A stretch of 64,000 nt of DNA from Planctomycetota bacterium (GTDB lineage: Bacteria; Planctomycetota; UBA8108; SXIK01). This document shows, one piece after another, positions 17,167 through 26,738 of this stretch. The first letter of the stretch is position 1. Every line of letters starts with the position of its first letter. The translations under genes were made by a program, and so were the position numbers. The notes below the pieces were generated by a model. The model was not told the origin of the DNA and made no database searches. It worked only from the letters and a program-made list of their open reading frames with translations. The stretch lies in the NCBI GenBank assembly GCA_965223845.1, contig CBDCXR010000004.1, positions 1,824,001 to 1,888,000 on the forward strand, written 5' to 3'.

Positions 17167-19676
17167 ACACGGCTCGAACCTTTCTTGCCGCGGCGATCGC
17201 GACCGCTGGCCTCCCTTTCACGGGCGCATTCGGCGACTCATTCGACGACATCGTTCAGCCTGTGCTTCGCGATCACTGCTCGGACTGCCACGGTGCAGAG
17301 AAGCAAAAGGGCGGCGTTCGCTTCGACCGCGCGAGCTCGTTTCGCGGGGATGATCTTCATTTGTGGACGCTAGTCTACGGCCAGCTCTCCGCCGGTGAAA
17401 TGCCCCCGGAGGGTCGCCCGGGACCGAGTGTCGAGGAGAAACGCGCCGTTCTCGCGTGGATCGAGAACGAGCAGCGCACCCGACGTGCGGACAGTACGCG
17501 GCGACTCAATCGGCGAGAGCTGTCGGCGCTCCTCCGCGATTTGACGGGTCTCTCGGTCGACTACGCCGCCGCACTTCCCGGAGACGGGAAAGTCGCCGGG
17601 TTCGATACCGGGGCCGCGGGCCTGCAAGACTCGGCGGACTCGGTGGCCAGAGTGCTCGAGATCACGCGCCGTGCCGTCGAAGGGATTCGATTTCTCGAAC
17701 CGCCGCGCGGCAAGACGTTCGTCGCTGATCTTCGCGAGTCAAAGGATCGAAAGGGGCGATTCGACGCACGACCGGCTTTCGAGGAGTGGAAGGATGGCGG
17801 CGCCTACGTGAAAGTGCGCGGCGTCGGCGAGTTGGGAAAGGGTCTCTACATCGAACCGAAGTGGCTCGGCGACCGGGGCGGCTTTTCCATGAACGTCCCG
17901 CCGCCGGAAGACGGCCGTGGCGTGGTCCGGATCAAGGCTCTCGTCTCGTCGACGACGGGAAAGTTCGACGGGGTCCCCGATCCGCACCTCTGGTTGCGAG
18001 TCGGGGGAACGACCTTCGACATGCGAGAGCTCGCGGCGACCGCCGGTCCTCGCGAGTTGGTCTACGAGGTGCAGGTGGACGACTTGCCCGTAGAGGCGCG
18101 TGGTCTCAGCGTCGTACTCATCAACCGCGTAGAGGTACCGTACCGCGTCGCGGGGTTCGAGAACGAAGATCGAAGCAAGCCGAAGGACGAAGTCCCCGGC
18201 GGGACTGGACTCTTTCGTCCCGCCTACGACCGAAAGAAAAAAGCAGCGCCGGAAGAGAAACCCGTTCCGTGGGTCATTTTGGGGCGTCTCGAGATCGAGA
18301 CCGACTACGTCGCGGTGTGGCCGCCGGAGCGGTGGCAGGTCGACGTCGGCGAAATCGGCGACGACCGCGGGAGCGCGGCACGTCTCCTCGCCCTCTGGAT
18401 CGATCGTGCTTGGAGGCGACCTTCGACCGCGGAGGAGCGCGATCGCTTCCTCGCTCTCTATGATCGCGTCCGCGCGAAGGGAGCGTCGTTCGACGACGCA
18501 TTGCGTGCGGCGTTTCAGTCGGCGCTCCTCAGCGCACCCGCGCGCGAGCTCGTGTCGCCGAAACGAGCGGGTCCAGGGAACGAGGCGCACGCCATCGCTT
18601 CGCGCCTCAGCTTCTTTCTCCACGGCGCCCCGCCCGACCGCGCGCTGCGCGCGAAGGCGTCGGCCGGCACGCTCCGTGAGCCTTCCGCCCTCGCTCGAGA
18701 GGTCGACCGACTTCTCGACGATCCCCGGCGCGAAGCCTTCTTCCGCTCGTTCATCGAGCAATGGCTTGTCCTCGGGCAGCCGATCACGATCGCGATGGAT
18801 CACTTGAAGAAGCAGGACTTCCGCTTCGGCCGCCATCTCAAGGCGTCGATGCACGAGGAGACGATCGCGTATATCACTCGCCTCTTCATCGAAAACCGTC
18901 CCGCGCGGGAACTGGTCGCGAGCGATTGGACGATGATGAACGACATCCTCGCGCGTCACTACGGCTACGAGGGGATACGCGGGGAGACACTCCGGCCCGT
19001 GACTATCCGGGGCGACGATCCACGGGGCGGCGGGCTTTTCGCTCACGCGGGGATTCAGTCGATGCTGTGCTGGATGGGGGAGAACTGGGTGATCTACCGC
19101 GGCGCCTGGACGCTCCGACACATTCTCGACGATCCACCGCCCCCGCCGCCTCTCGAAGTGCCCGAGCTGATTCCGTCGGACGATGGCAATCGAGGGAAAT
19201 CCTTCCGCGAGCTTCTCGACCAGCACCAAAAGGACGAGAACTGCTCGGTCTGCCACAAGAAGATGGATCCCCTCGGCTTCGCGTTTCAGAATTTCGACAT
19301 CAGCGGGCGTTGGCGTGATGTCGAATTCGAGCGCTACGAACGAAACGAGATCGACGGAAAGATCGCCTGGCGGGGCGCGGGGGCGACTCGCCCGGTCGAT
19401 GCTTCCGGAGTTCTTCCGCGCGGCGAGAGATTCACGAGCTTCGCCCAGTTCAAGAATCTCGTCGTCGAGCACTACCTCGACGATCTCGTCCGCGGACTTC
19501 TCAAGAACTTGGTCATTTACTCGACAGGACGCAAACCAGACGTTGCCGACATGGCCGAGATCCGTTCGATTCAGGCGCGAGAGCGACCGAGAGGCTATCG
19601 ACTGAGAAACCTGCTAAAGGGTATCGTACAGTCGAGAGCGTTCCTCGAGGCGGAAGGGAAAACACGGGCGTTCTGA
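17163..19676 (+). CDS. Second planctomycete DUF1592/DUF1588-type cytochrome c domain protein
   Basis: True start is probably the ATG at 17163 (ATGA overlap, signal peptide [16 protein letters not shown]), not 16776. CSDCH...GEMPP; RRLNRRE; IASRLSFFL...PPD; [19 protein letters not shown]. Confidence 0.9.
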   Translation: MNTARTFLAAAIATAGLPFTGAFGDSFDDIVQPVLRDHCSDCHGAEKQKGGVRFDRASSFRGDDLHLWTLVYGQLSAGEMPPEGRPGPSVEEKRAVLAWIENEQRTRRADSTRRLNRRELSALLRDLTGLSVDYAAALPGDGKVAGFDTGAAGLQDSADSVARVLEITRRAVEGIRFLEPPRGKTFVADLRESKDRKGRFDARPAFEEWKDGGAYVKVRGVGELGKGLYIEPKWLGDRGGFSMNVPPPEDGRGVVRIKALVSSTTGKFDGVPDPHLWLRVGGTTFDMRELAATAGPRELVYEVQVDDLPVEARGLSVVLINRVEVPYRVAGFENEDRSKPKDEVPGGTGLFRPAYDRKKKAAPEEKPVPWVILGRLEIETDYVAVWPPERWQVDVGEIGDDRGSAARLLALWIDRAWRRPSTAEERDRFLALYDRVRAKGASFDDALRAAFQSALLSAPARELVSPKRAGPGNEAHAIASRLSFFLHGAPPDRALRAKASAGTLREPSALAREVDRLLDDPRREAFFRSFIEQWLVLGQPITIAMDHLKKQDFRFGRHLKASMHEETIAYITRLFIENRPARELVASDWTMMNDILARHYGYEGIRGETLRPVTIRGDDPRGGGLFAHAGIQSMLCWMGENWVIYRGAWTLRHILDDPPPPPPLEVPELIPSDDGNRGKSFRELLDQHQKDENCSVCHKKMDPLGFAFQNFDISGRWRDVEFERYERNEIDGKIAWRGAGATRPVDASGVLPRGERFTSFAQFKNLVVEHYLDDLVRGLLKNLVIYSTGRKPDVADMAEIRSIQARERPRGYRLRNLLKGIVQSRAFLEAEGKTRAF

Positions 19677-19687
19677 GGCACCGTTTC

Positions 19688-21028
19688 ATGAGCAGTTTCG
19701 ATCGACGAATCTCGCGGCGGACCGTTCTCCGCGGCCTCGGCGCCACCATTGCGCTCCCTTATCTGGAGGTCATGGGCCTTGGGAAGAAGGCGGTCGCGGC
19801 AGCTCGCAGCGCAGCCGATCCGGCGCGTCTCGCCTGTTTCTACATTCCGGGCGGGATCAGTCGGTACGGTTGGTTCCCCGAGGACACCGGACCGAACTAC
19901 ACGCTCGCCTCGTCGCACCGACCGCTCGAGCATCATCGCGCTCGGTTCTCGGTGCTGACGAATCTCTCTCACATCGAGGGGCGCATCTCCGGGCACGAGC
20001 ATCCGTACAACTGGCTCACCGGGCACAACATCAAGATCACTCCCGGGACGATCACGAACACGATCTCGATGGATCAGGTCGCGGCGCAGCACCTGGGTCC
20101 CACGTACCTCCGGTCGCTCGCGCTCTCGTGGCAGGACGGCGTCGGCACGAGATCGCTTTCGCGAAACGCGTTGGGGGTCGACATCCCCGCTATCGGGAGC
20201 TACCGGGCGGTGTTCGAACGACTCTTTCCGCCCGCCGATCGAAAGCAGCTCACCGAAGCGCAGGAACGCATCGAGCTCGATCGGAGCATCCTCGACACGG
20301 CGGTCGGGAGCGTGAACGACCTCCGGCGCCGACTCGGACGCGCCGACGATCGACGACTCGACGAGTATCTCGAATCGATCCGAGAAGTGGAGAAGCGTCT
20401 CACCGACAAGGAGGCGATCCTCGAGCGAGGTCGACCGCGGTTCGACGAGGCGAGCGTGCGCCTCGAGCCGGCGGGTAAGAACAGCATGGCGGAGCACATC
20501 GAGCTCATGATGGACTTGATCGTGCTCGCATTTCAGACCGACATGACACGCGTCGTCACGCACTGCCTCGGCGGTGAGGGCGGTCCGAACTACGTCGAGT
20601 ACAAGGACTGGGCGGGAGAGGCCGGCGGCCAGGTTCGCGGCGCTCACGATTTTCACCACAAGGGATCCGGCGCGCGCGGCGCCGACCATCCGGACGTCAA
20701 GGTGCTCGCCTACCGCGACACGATGCTCTGCGCGTCGCTCGCGCGCTTGATGGACAAGCTCGAAGCCATCGAGGCCGAAGACGGCACACTTCTCGATCAC
20801 TCGGTGCTCCTCTTCGGCGGCTCGCAGATTAGCAGCCACTCCGGAAAGAGCTTCCCCACTATTCTCGCCGGCGGCCGTAAGCTCGGCTTCCGGCACGGTC
20901 AGCACCTGCGGTGGAAGACGGATGAGCGGCCGATGTCGGACCTATTCCTCACGATTCTTCAGCAGATCGGTTGTCCGGTGGCGAAGTTCAAGGAAAGCCG
21001 GGCACCGCTGACCGAGCTCCTCGCCTGA
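19688..21028 (+). CDS. DUF1552 (HXXSHH) family protein with Tat-type signal
   Basis: ISRRTVLRGLGATIALPYLE; ISMDQVAA; LAFQTDMTRV; GAHDFHH; GTLLDHS. Confidence 0.92.
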   Translation: MSSFDRRISRRTVLRGLGATIALPYLEVMGLGKKAVAAARSAADPARLACFYIPGGISRYGWFPEDTGPNYTLASSHRPLEHHRARFSVLTNLSHIEGRISGHEHPYNWLTGHNIKITPGTITNTISMDQVAAQHLGPTYLRSLALSWQDGVGTRSLSRNALGVDIPAIGSYRAVFERLFPPADRKQLTEAQERIELDRSILDTAVGSVNDLRRRLGRADDRRLDEYLESIREVEKRLTDKEAILERGRPRFDEASVRLEPAGKNSMAEHIELMMDLIVLAFQTDMTRVVTHCLGGEGGPNYVEYKDWAGEAGGQVRGAHDFHHKGSGARGADHPDVKVLAYRDTMLCASLARLMDKLEAIEAEDGTLLDHSVLLFGGSQISSHSGKSFPTILAGGRKLGFRHGQHLRWKTDERPMSDLFLTILQQIGCPVAKFKESRAPLTELLA

Positions 21029-21137
21029 GCTGACTCCTGAGTCTCCACCGGGAACTCGGCGACCGCGCCAACCTCGGAGCCGGGCCGTTCGGAGGATCGC
21101 GACGCGTCTCCGCCTCGACGATCTCTCACTCCTCGCG

Positions 21138-22328
21138 ATGAAAACTACCGTCACAAGTTCTCTTGTCCTCCTCGCTCTCACTGTCGCGTGTGTTGTCCCA
21201 CTTTGCGCGAACGAGGGCCGGTACTTCGAGACGCTCGTCCGGCTCGAGACGCCCAAGAAAAAGGAGGGGCGCACCGAAGGAGGACTCGAGCACGCTCCCT
21301 TTCGTTGCTGGCTTCCGCCCGACGCAAAGACGATTCGCGGCCTGACGTTCAACCCGTTCTACACCAAGGCCGTGACCCAAAAGCACTGGCAGGCCGCTTG
21401 TCGTCAGTGGGGATTCGGAATCCTCGGGTCCAACCTCTTCGGAGTGAAGAAGGGAGAGTTTCCGCGCCTGATCGATGCGGCTCTCGAAGAGGTCGCGAAG
21501 GCGAGTGGTCAGCCCGAGCTCGCGAAAGCAAAGCTCTGTCCGATCGGGATGTCGGCGGGCGCCGGAATGAGCACTCAGGTCGCGAGCCTGATGCCGGATC
21601 GAGTGATCGCGGTCGGTCCGGTGTGTCTCGAAGTCGGTCCCCGCGACGAAGCTGCGCTGGCGATTCCTATGCTCACGGTCTTCGGTGAGCGCGACGGATC
21701 GCAGTACGACAAGCTGCTCACGAAGTTGCCCGCCGCCCGCGTGGGAGGGGCTCGATTCGGCATCGCGGTTCAGTGGGGGCGACGCCATGAGTTTGCGCGT
21801 GCGAACAACCTCCTGATGCCACTCTTCGATGCGGCGATTCGAAGGCGACTCGGAGCGCCCGGAGAGCCCCTCCGTCCATTCCCGGAGAGCGCGGGGTGGC
21901 TCGGAGATGTCTCGAACTGGCGAGACAGCGTCGCGATCATCGCCCCGATCGCGGAGTTTCCCGGGGAGCGCGCGAACGCGTGCTGGCTTCCGAACGAGAC
22001 TACCGCCCGTGCATGGCAGGCGTTCGTGACTCGCGAACCGGTCTTCGAGTTGACTAGCCCGCCGGGTCTCGGTGACGGTCAAGCGTTCGTCCTCCGTCGA
22101 ATCGGAGAGCCGATCGAGGTCGCCATGAAGTGGAACGAGAAACGGCTTGCGCTCCGCGGAGGCGTGACGGTGTTCGCCGGCGAGCGGAAGCTCGGTGACC
22201 TTGGGAGAGACGGCCTCGAGGTTACATTCGAGAAGCCGGGGATCTATCCGATGTTTCTCCAGGCAACGCTCGTCGACGGCGGAACCGCGCTCTCCCGACC
22301 GAACACGGTGATCGTCGCGGGGAAGTAG
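21138..22328 (+). CDS. Secreted alpha/beta-hydrolase-like protein
   Basis: Signal peptide; nucleophile elbow PIGMSAGAG (G-x-S-x-G); candidate acid in FGERD and His in RRHEF. Confidence 0.7.
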   Translation: MKTTVTSSLVLLALTVACVVPLCANEGRYFETLVRLETPKKKEGRTEGGLEHAPFRCWLPPDAKTIRGLTFNPFYTKAVTQKHWQAACRQWGFGILGSNLFGVKKGEFPRLIDAALEEVAKASGQPELAKAKLCPIGMSAGAGMSTQVASLMPDRVIAVGPVCLEVGPRDEAALAIPMLTVFGERDGSQYDKLLTKLPAARVGGARFGIAVQWGRRHEFARANNLLMPLFDAAIRRRLGAPGEPLRPFPESAGWLGDVSNWRDSVAIIAPIAEFPGERANACWLPNETTARAWQAFVTREPVFELTSPPGLGDGQAFVLRRIGEPIEVAMKWNEKRLALRGGVTVFAGERKLGDLGRDGLEVTFEKPGIYPMFLQATLVDGGTALSRPNTVIVAGK

Positions 22329-22361
22329 CCCGGGAGTCTCCCGGGTCGACGCAGGTTTTTT
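22329..22361 (+). terminator. Possible intrinsic terminator
   Basis: CCCGGGA-GTC-TCCCGGG hairpin immediately after the stop codon; the T6 tract at 22356-22361 is displaced by about 10 nt, which is atypical. Confidence 0.3.
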
Positions 22362-22362
22362 C

Positions 22363-22390
22363 GGTCATCTCTCTTGTCGATTTCCGTCTC
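22363..22390 (+). promoter_or_regulatory. Candidate ECF-type promoter GGTCAT-N16-CGTCTC
   Basis: 33 bp upstream of the ECF gene ATG; a matching motif precedes the second ECF gene. Confidence 0.4.
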
Positions 22391-22423
22391 AGTCTTCATG
22401 AAGACACCGGAAGGCGAGACGCG

Positions 22424-25400
22424 ATGACTCTCTCCACGAGCTTCCCTTCGGATTCCCGGCTCGTTCGCCGTGCCCTGGCACGCGATCCAGCCGCGTTCGA
22501 GGCTCTCGTTTCCCGCTACCAGCGCTCCGCGTACGCGATCGTGCGTTCGCTCGGAGTAGGGGAACCGAGCGCGGACGATGTCGTTCAGGAGGCGTTCCTC
22601 AAGGCATTCGAGAATCTGTCACGCTTGCGGTCGGAAGACGCGTTCGGTCCGTGGTTCCTTCGGATCGTCCGAAACGCCGCGCGTGACCAGTTTCGCTCCC
22701 GTCGATCGATCTCGATCGATGCCGCACACGATATGCCATTCGAATTCGCGTCGGCGCCGGCCCTCGAGCGGAGTGAGCTGCGAGACCGGGTCTGGCGGAT
22801 CGTCTCGGAGCTTCCGGAGCCGGTTCGGGAAGTCATCTATCTCTACTACTACGACGGCGAATCGGTTCGCAGCGTCGCAAAGGCGCTCGGGCTCACGAAG
22901 TCCGCCGTCGTGAAGCGCATGCAGCGCGGACGGGATCTCCTCCGGGCGCGGCTCTGGGCCGAGCTCGAAGAGACTCTCCGAGAGATGATTCCTTCGGCGC
23001 GCGACTGGCAGCGGCGGGGACGCCGTCTCGCGCTTGTTCTTCTGGGTGCGACCGCCGGTGCATCGACTGCACGCGCGGCCTCGATCGTGCCGAGTACGAT
23101 TGTCGTCCAGAAAACCGTTGCGGGAGGATTCGGAATGGGAGGAAAGAAATCCGCGGTGCTCGTCGGGATCGGAATCTGTCTGCTGCTTACGGGGATCTAC
23201 GTTGTTCGCAACCGGATTCTCCCGCGCGGAGACGAGCTCGACGCCGAGATCGCTCGGGGGCAGAATCCCGAAGCCGCGAAAGACGATTCGACGGATCCCG
23301 GGGCGACCGCGGCTGCGCGCACCGGCGAAGAAGCCGAGATCGCTCGTGCCATCGATCTCACGCGACCTCCCGCTCTCGCCGGCACTGTTCGCGACGCGGA
23401 CGGTCGCCCGATCGCCGGAGCGAGAGTCGTCGCCCTCGATGTCTCCGCCTGGCGACAACCGTTCGTCGAGAGCGGAAGCGGAATCTGGGACGCACGTGCA
23501 CACACACGAGATCGAACGAGCGCTCTCGGCGAGCTCCACGCCGCCTACCGGAAGCGCGGTGCGGAGTTCGCCCACGCGGAATCCGGCACGGACGGGTCAT
23601 TTCGATTCGCGCGTCTGTCCGCGGGAGAGTATCGCGTCCTGGCGGGACATCCGGAGCACCTTTCCTCAGTGGACACGACGGTCTTCGTCCGAGCCGATGA
23701 GGGAACCGAGTGCGAGATCGTTCTCGCTCCCGGAAATTCGATTCGCGGACGAGTCGTCAATGACGCCGGCGAGCCGCTAGACAACGTTCGCGTGACCGCC
23801 CGCGCGTCGAGCGAACGAGCGGTCCGGGGCGGCGCCAGAATCGAGCTTCTCGCCAAAGAGTGGGTGCGCGGCGAGTTCCTAGTGGCGAGCTCTTCAGAGC
23901 GTACGCGCAGAGATGGACGCTTCACGATTGGCGCTCTGCCGCTCGATCGATTCGATCTGACTCTCTCGCGTCCCGATTTCGCCGAGACTCGACGCTACGA
24001 CGTTGTCGCGGGCACACAGGATCTCGAAATCGTCCTCGAACGCGGCCTCGAGGTCACCGGGCGAGTGCTCGACGAACGGGGGGACCCGATTCCTGGCGCC
24101 GTGGTTTTTCTCAGTCCCGTCCCCGCCGAACGCGAGCGGCCGATCGCGATCGGAGAGCCGATCCATCCCGTCGTCGTCGGAGTTCCCGACGCGTCGTTAC
24201 CCGCGAGGCTCGAATCGCCGGCCGATGAGTTCGCTCGCTTCCAGTTTCGAAATCTCTTGCCGGGGGATTATCAACTCAGCGCGAACCATCCGTCTCATCC
24301 CACCTGGGAAGCACGAGTCGCGCTCGAGAACGAATCGGTCGAGGTGGAGATTCAGCTCGAGCCATCGCTCGCGATATCAGGAACGGTTTACGCACCCGAC
24401 GGTCGTCGAGTAGCCGGCGCACGGGTCTGGATCGAGAAAGACGTGCGCGGCGGGATCATGAGCTGGGGCGGCCGCGATTTCACCCCGGTCGCGCTTGTCG
24501 AGTGCGAGGCGGAAGAGAACGGAGACTTCGAGCTGACGGGAATCCCCGCCGGAGTCTATCGACTGCGTGCGGGGTCCGAGGACTTTGCGGAGACCGTACT
24601 TCCTCGTGTTCCCGCAGGCGCAGCGGGTGTCGACATTCGCCTCGAGAAGGGGGCGACGATTCGGGGGATCGTCGTCGACGAAGATCTCGATACACCGATC
24701 GTCGGCGCGCTTGTCGAGGTGGGAATCGGCGTCGCGTTCAACAGGCATCCGGGAAAGGTCGCGACCACGGATCAAGCGGGGCGATTCGAGATTCCCGGCG
24801 TACCGCGGCGCTCGGTGTATCTCCGCGCGAGCCACGATGAGTATCCCGAACTGCCCGAACGAATCCGAATTCGACCCGGTTACACCGAGCGCGAGATCGA
24901 GATCCGACTCCGGCGACCGGACACGATTCGCGGGATCGTCGTCGACGAGGAGGGGAATCCGGTCGCGCGCGCCGTCGTGATGCTCGAAACGGGTCGTATC
25001 CAGACGATCTATCTCCGCCGAGACGTCGCCGCGGGCTTGCGGCGCGCGGTCACCGCGCCGGACGGTAGCTTCTCGCTTCGACTGTCGCAGAAGCATCGGC
25101 AAGAGCAGTGGGCGCCATCTACCATCGTCGCGCGTCATGCTCGCTTCGGGATTGGACGAACGGCTCCGCTCGTCGGTCCGGGCGAGGGCGAGCCGTGGCC
25201 GGAGATCGAGATCGTATTGGCACCGCCGTCGTCGATCACCGGCCGTGTGGTCGGCTCGGGTGGCGCCGCCGTCCTGGGCGCGCGAGTCCACGCCACGCGA
25301 ATGGAGCTCGTGCAGGGGGAAGAGAGGGACACCGCCGTGACGGCGACGACCTACTCCGGTGCTAACGGTGCGTACCGACTCGACGGAATCGAACCCGGAA

Positions 25401-26722
25401 TCTACCTCGTCGACGTTCGCGCGACGGAGTTCGCCCCGCTCGTCGGGCAGAGGCTCGAGATGATGGACTCTCCCCTTTCTCAAGATTTCCGCTTGGAATC
25501 CGGATTTCGTGTCGACGGACGGGTCGTCGACACCGCGGGTTTGCCGATCGAGGGCGCCGAAGTCCTCGCGTTTCCCACGCTCGAAACAGACGAAGATCCG
25601 AGTCACGTGAAGTCGCGGGCGCGACGCGAGGAGACCGTTGGCTCCAGTTCGGCACGAACGGATCGGGACGGACACTGGTCGCTCGCGAATCTCCCTCGCG
25701 GCGAGACAACACTCGTCGCGAGGATCCCCGGGTACTTGTCGAGCGACTTGGCCATGGTCGAACCGGGAGATCACTCGCTCGAGCTTGTCGTCGAGGAGTT
25801 CGCATCGGTCTCCGGGGCTGCGCGGGACGGAAAGACCGGGCAGCCAGTGAGCGCATTCGAGATCGCTCTGCTGCGACCCGAGGATCATCGGTCCCGCTTC
25901 AAGGGCGATGCCTATACTTACCCCACGCGAGAGTTTGCTGCTCCGAGCGGCACGTTCCTCGTCGAGGACATTCCGGCGGGCCGGTACACCGTCGGAATCT
26001 CGGCGCACGGTTACGGAATCGAGGTCGCCGAGGTCGTGCTCCGCCCGGGCGACGATGCCGCGGTCGAATTCGTCCTTCGGCGCGGACGGCGCGTCGTCGC
26101 GACGGTGTTCGAGCTCGAGTCGAATCGACGGCTCTCCGACATTTCGATCGGCCTCTCGCCCGTCGACCGGAACGCGGGTGAGAGACTCCACATGCCGAAC
26201 CCGTACCGCGGCGTCACCGATGAGAACGGAGTCGCGATCCTCGACGGACTCGTGGACGGGAAGTTCCGCGTCAGAGCTCGACATCCGGAGTACAGGCTTC
26301 CGGATGAGCGGCTGGAGTTTCAGATCGAGAGCGGAGACGACGCGGTCGAAGAACTGACGCTCGAGATCGGCCTCGTCGCGCGGAGAGAGGGCGCTCTTCG
26401 CGGCACGATTCAGAATCGTCACGGACGCGACTCGTTCGGCCATCGACTCGTTCTCGTCAACCTCGATGACGCTGACGCGAAGCCGCTCCCGACCACGATC
26501 GAGTTCCACACCGGAAAGTATGAGCGGCGGGCCATCCCGCCGGGGGACTACGAAGTGCGCTTCGAGGAGCGAATCCTCACCGAAGAAGGAAGGCGCGTAG
26601 CCGAACGGACCGGCGGGATGCGGTACGACCTGTCCGTCGAACGATTCACCGTGCTCGGCAGCGTTCGAATCGTTGAGGGAGCGACGGCGAAGTTCGATGC
26701 GGTGCTGAACCCGGACAAGTGA
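22424..26722 (+). CDS. Membrane-anchored ECF sigma-70 factor with long C-terminal carboxypeptidase-regulatory-like (CarboxypepD_reg) repeats
   Basis: Region 2: AFEALVSRYQ...ADDVVQEAFLKAF...FGPWFLRIVRN. Region 4: LPEPVREVIYLYYYDGESVRSVAKALG. TM segment AVLVGIGICLLLTGIYVV. Many G.V.D..G.PI.GA.V...T..DG.F....L..G.Y repeats. Confidence 0.92.
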   Translation: MTLSTSFPSDSRLVRRALARDPAAFEALVSRYQRSAYAIVRSLGVGEPSADDVVQEAFLKAFENLSRLRSEDAFGPWFLRIVRNAARDQFRSRRSISIDAAHDMPFEFASAPALERSELRDRVWRIVSELPEPVREVIYLYYYDGESVRSVAKALGLTKSAVVKRMQRGRDLLRARLWAELEETLREMIPSARDWQRRGRRLALVLLGATAGASTARAASIVPSTIVVQKTVAGGFGMGGKKSAVLVGIGICLLLTGIYVVRNRILPRGDELDAEIARGQNPEAAKDDSTDPGATAAARTGEEAEIARAIDLTRPPALAGTVRDADGRPIAGARVVALDVSAWRQPFVESGSGIWDARAHTRDRTSALGELHAAYRKRGAEFAHAESGTDGSFRFARLSAGEYRVLAGHPEHLSSVDTTVFVRADEGTECEIVLAPGNSIRGRVVNDAGEPLDNVRVTARASSERAVRGGARIELLAKEWVRGEFLVASSSERTRRDGRFTIGALPLDRFDLTLSRPDFAETRRYDVVAGTQDLEIVLERGLEVTGRVLDERGDPIPGAVVFLSPVPAERERPIAIGEPIHPVVVGVPDASLPARLESPADEFARFQFRNLLPGDYQLSANHPSHPTWEARVALENESVEVEIQLEPSLAISGTVYAPDGRRVAGARVWIEKDVRGGIMSWGGRDFTPVALVECEAEENGDFELTGIPAGVYRLRAGSEDFAETVLPRVPAGAAGVDIRLEKGATIRGIVVDEDLDTPIVGALVEVGIGVAFNRHPGKVATTDQAGRFEIPGVPRRSVYLRASHDEYPELPERIRIRPGYTEREIEIRLRRPDTIRGIVVDEEGNPVARAVVMLETGRIQTIYLRRDVAAGLRRAVTAPDGSFSLRLSQKHRQEQWAPSTIVARHARFGIGRTAPLVGPGEGEPWPEIEIVLAPPSSITGRVVGSGGAAVLGARVHATRMELVQGEERDTAVTATTYSGANGAYRLDGIEPGIYLVDVRATEFAPLVGQRLEMMDSPLSQDFRLESGFRVDGRVVDTAGLPIEGAEVLAFPTLETDEDPSHVKSRARREETVGSSSARTDRDGHWSLANLPRGETTLVARIPGYLSSDLAMVEPGDHSLELVVEEFASVSGAARDGKTGQPVSAFEIALLRPEDHRSRFKGDAYTYPTREFAAPSGTFLVEDIPAGRYTVGISAHGYGIEVAEVVLRPGDDAAVEFVLRRGRRVVATVFELESNRRLSDISIGLSPVDRNAGERLHMPNPYRGVTDENGVAILDGLVDGKFRVRARHPEYRLPDERLEFQIESGDDAVEELTLEIGLVARREGALRGTIQNRHGRDSFGHRLVLVNLDDADAKPLPTTIEFHTGKYERRAIPPGDYEVRFEERILTEEGRRVAERTGGMRYDLSVERFTVLGSVRIVEGATAKFDAVLNPDK

Positions 26723-26738
26723 CGCTGGCTCGGTACTC

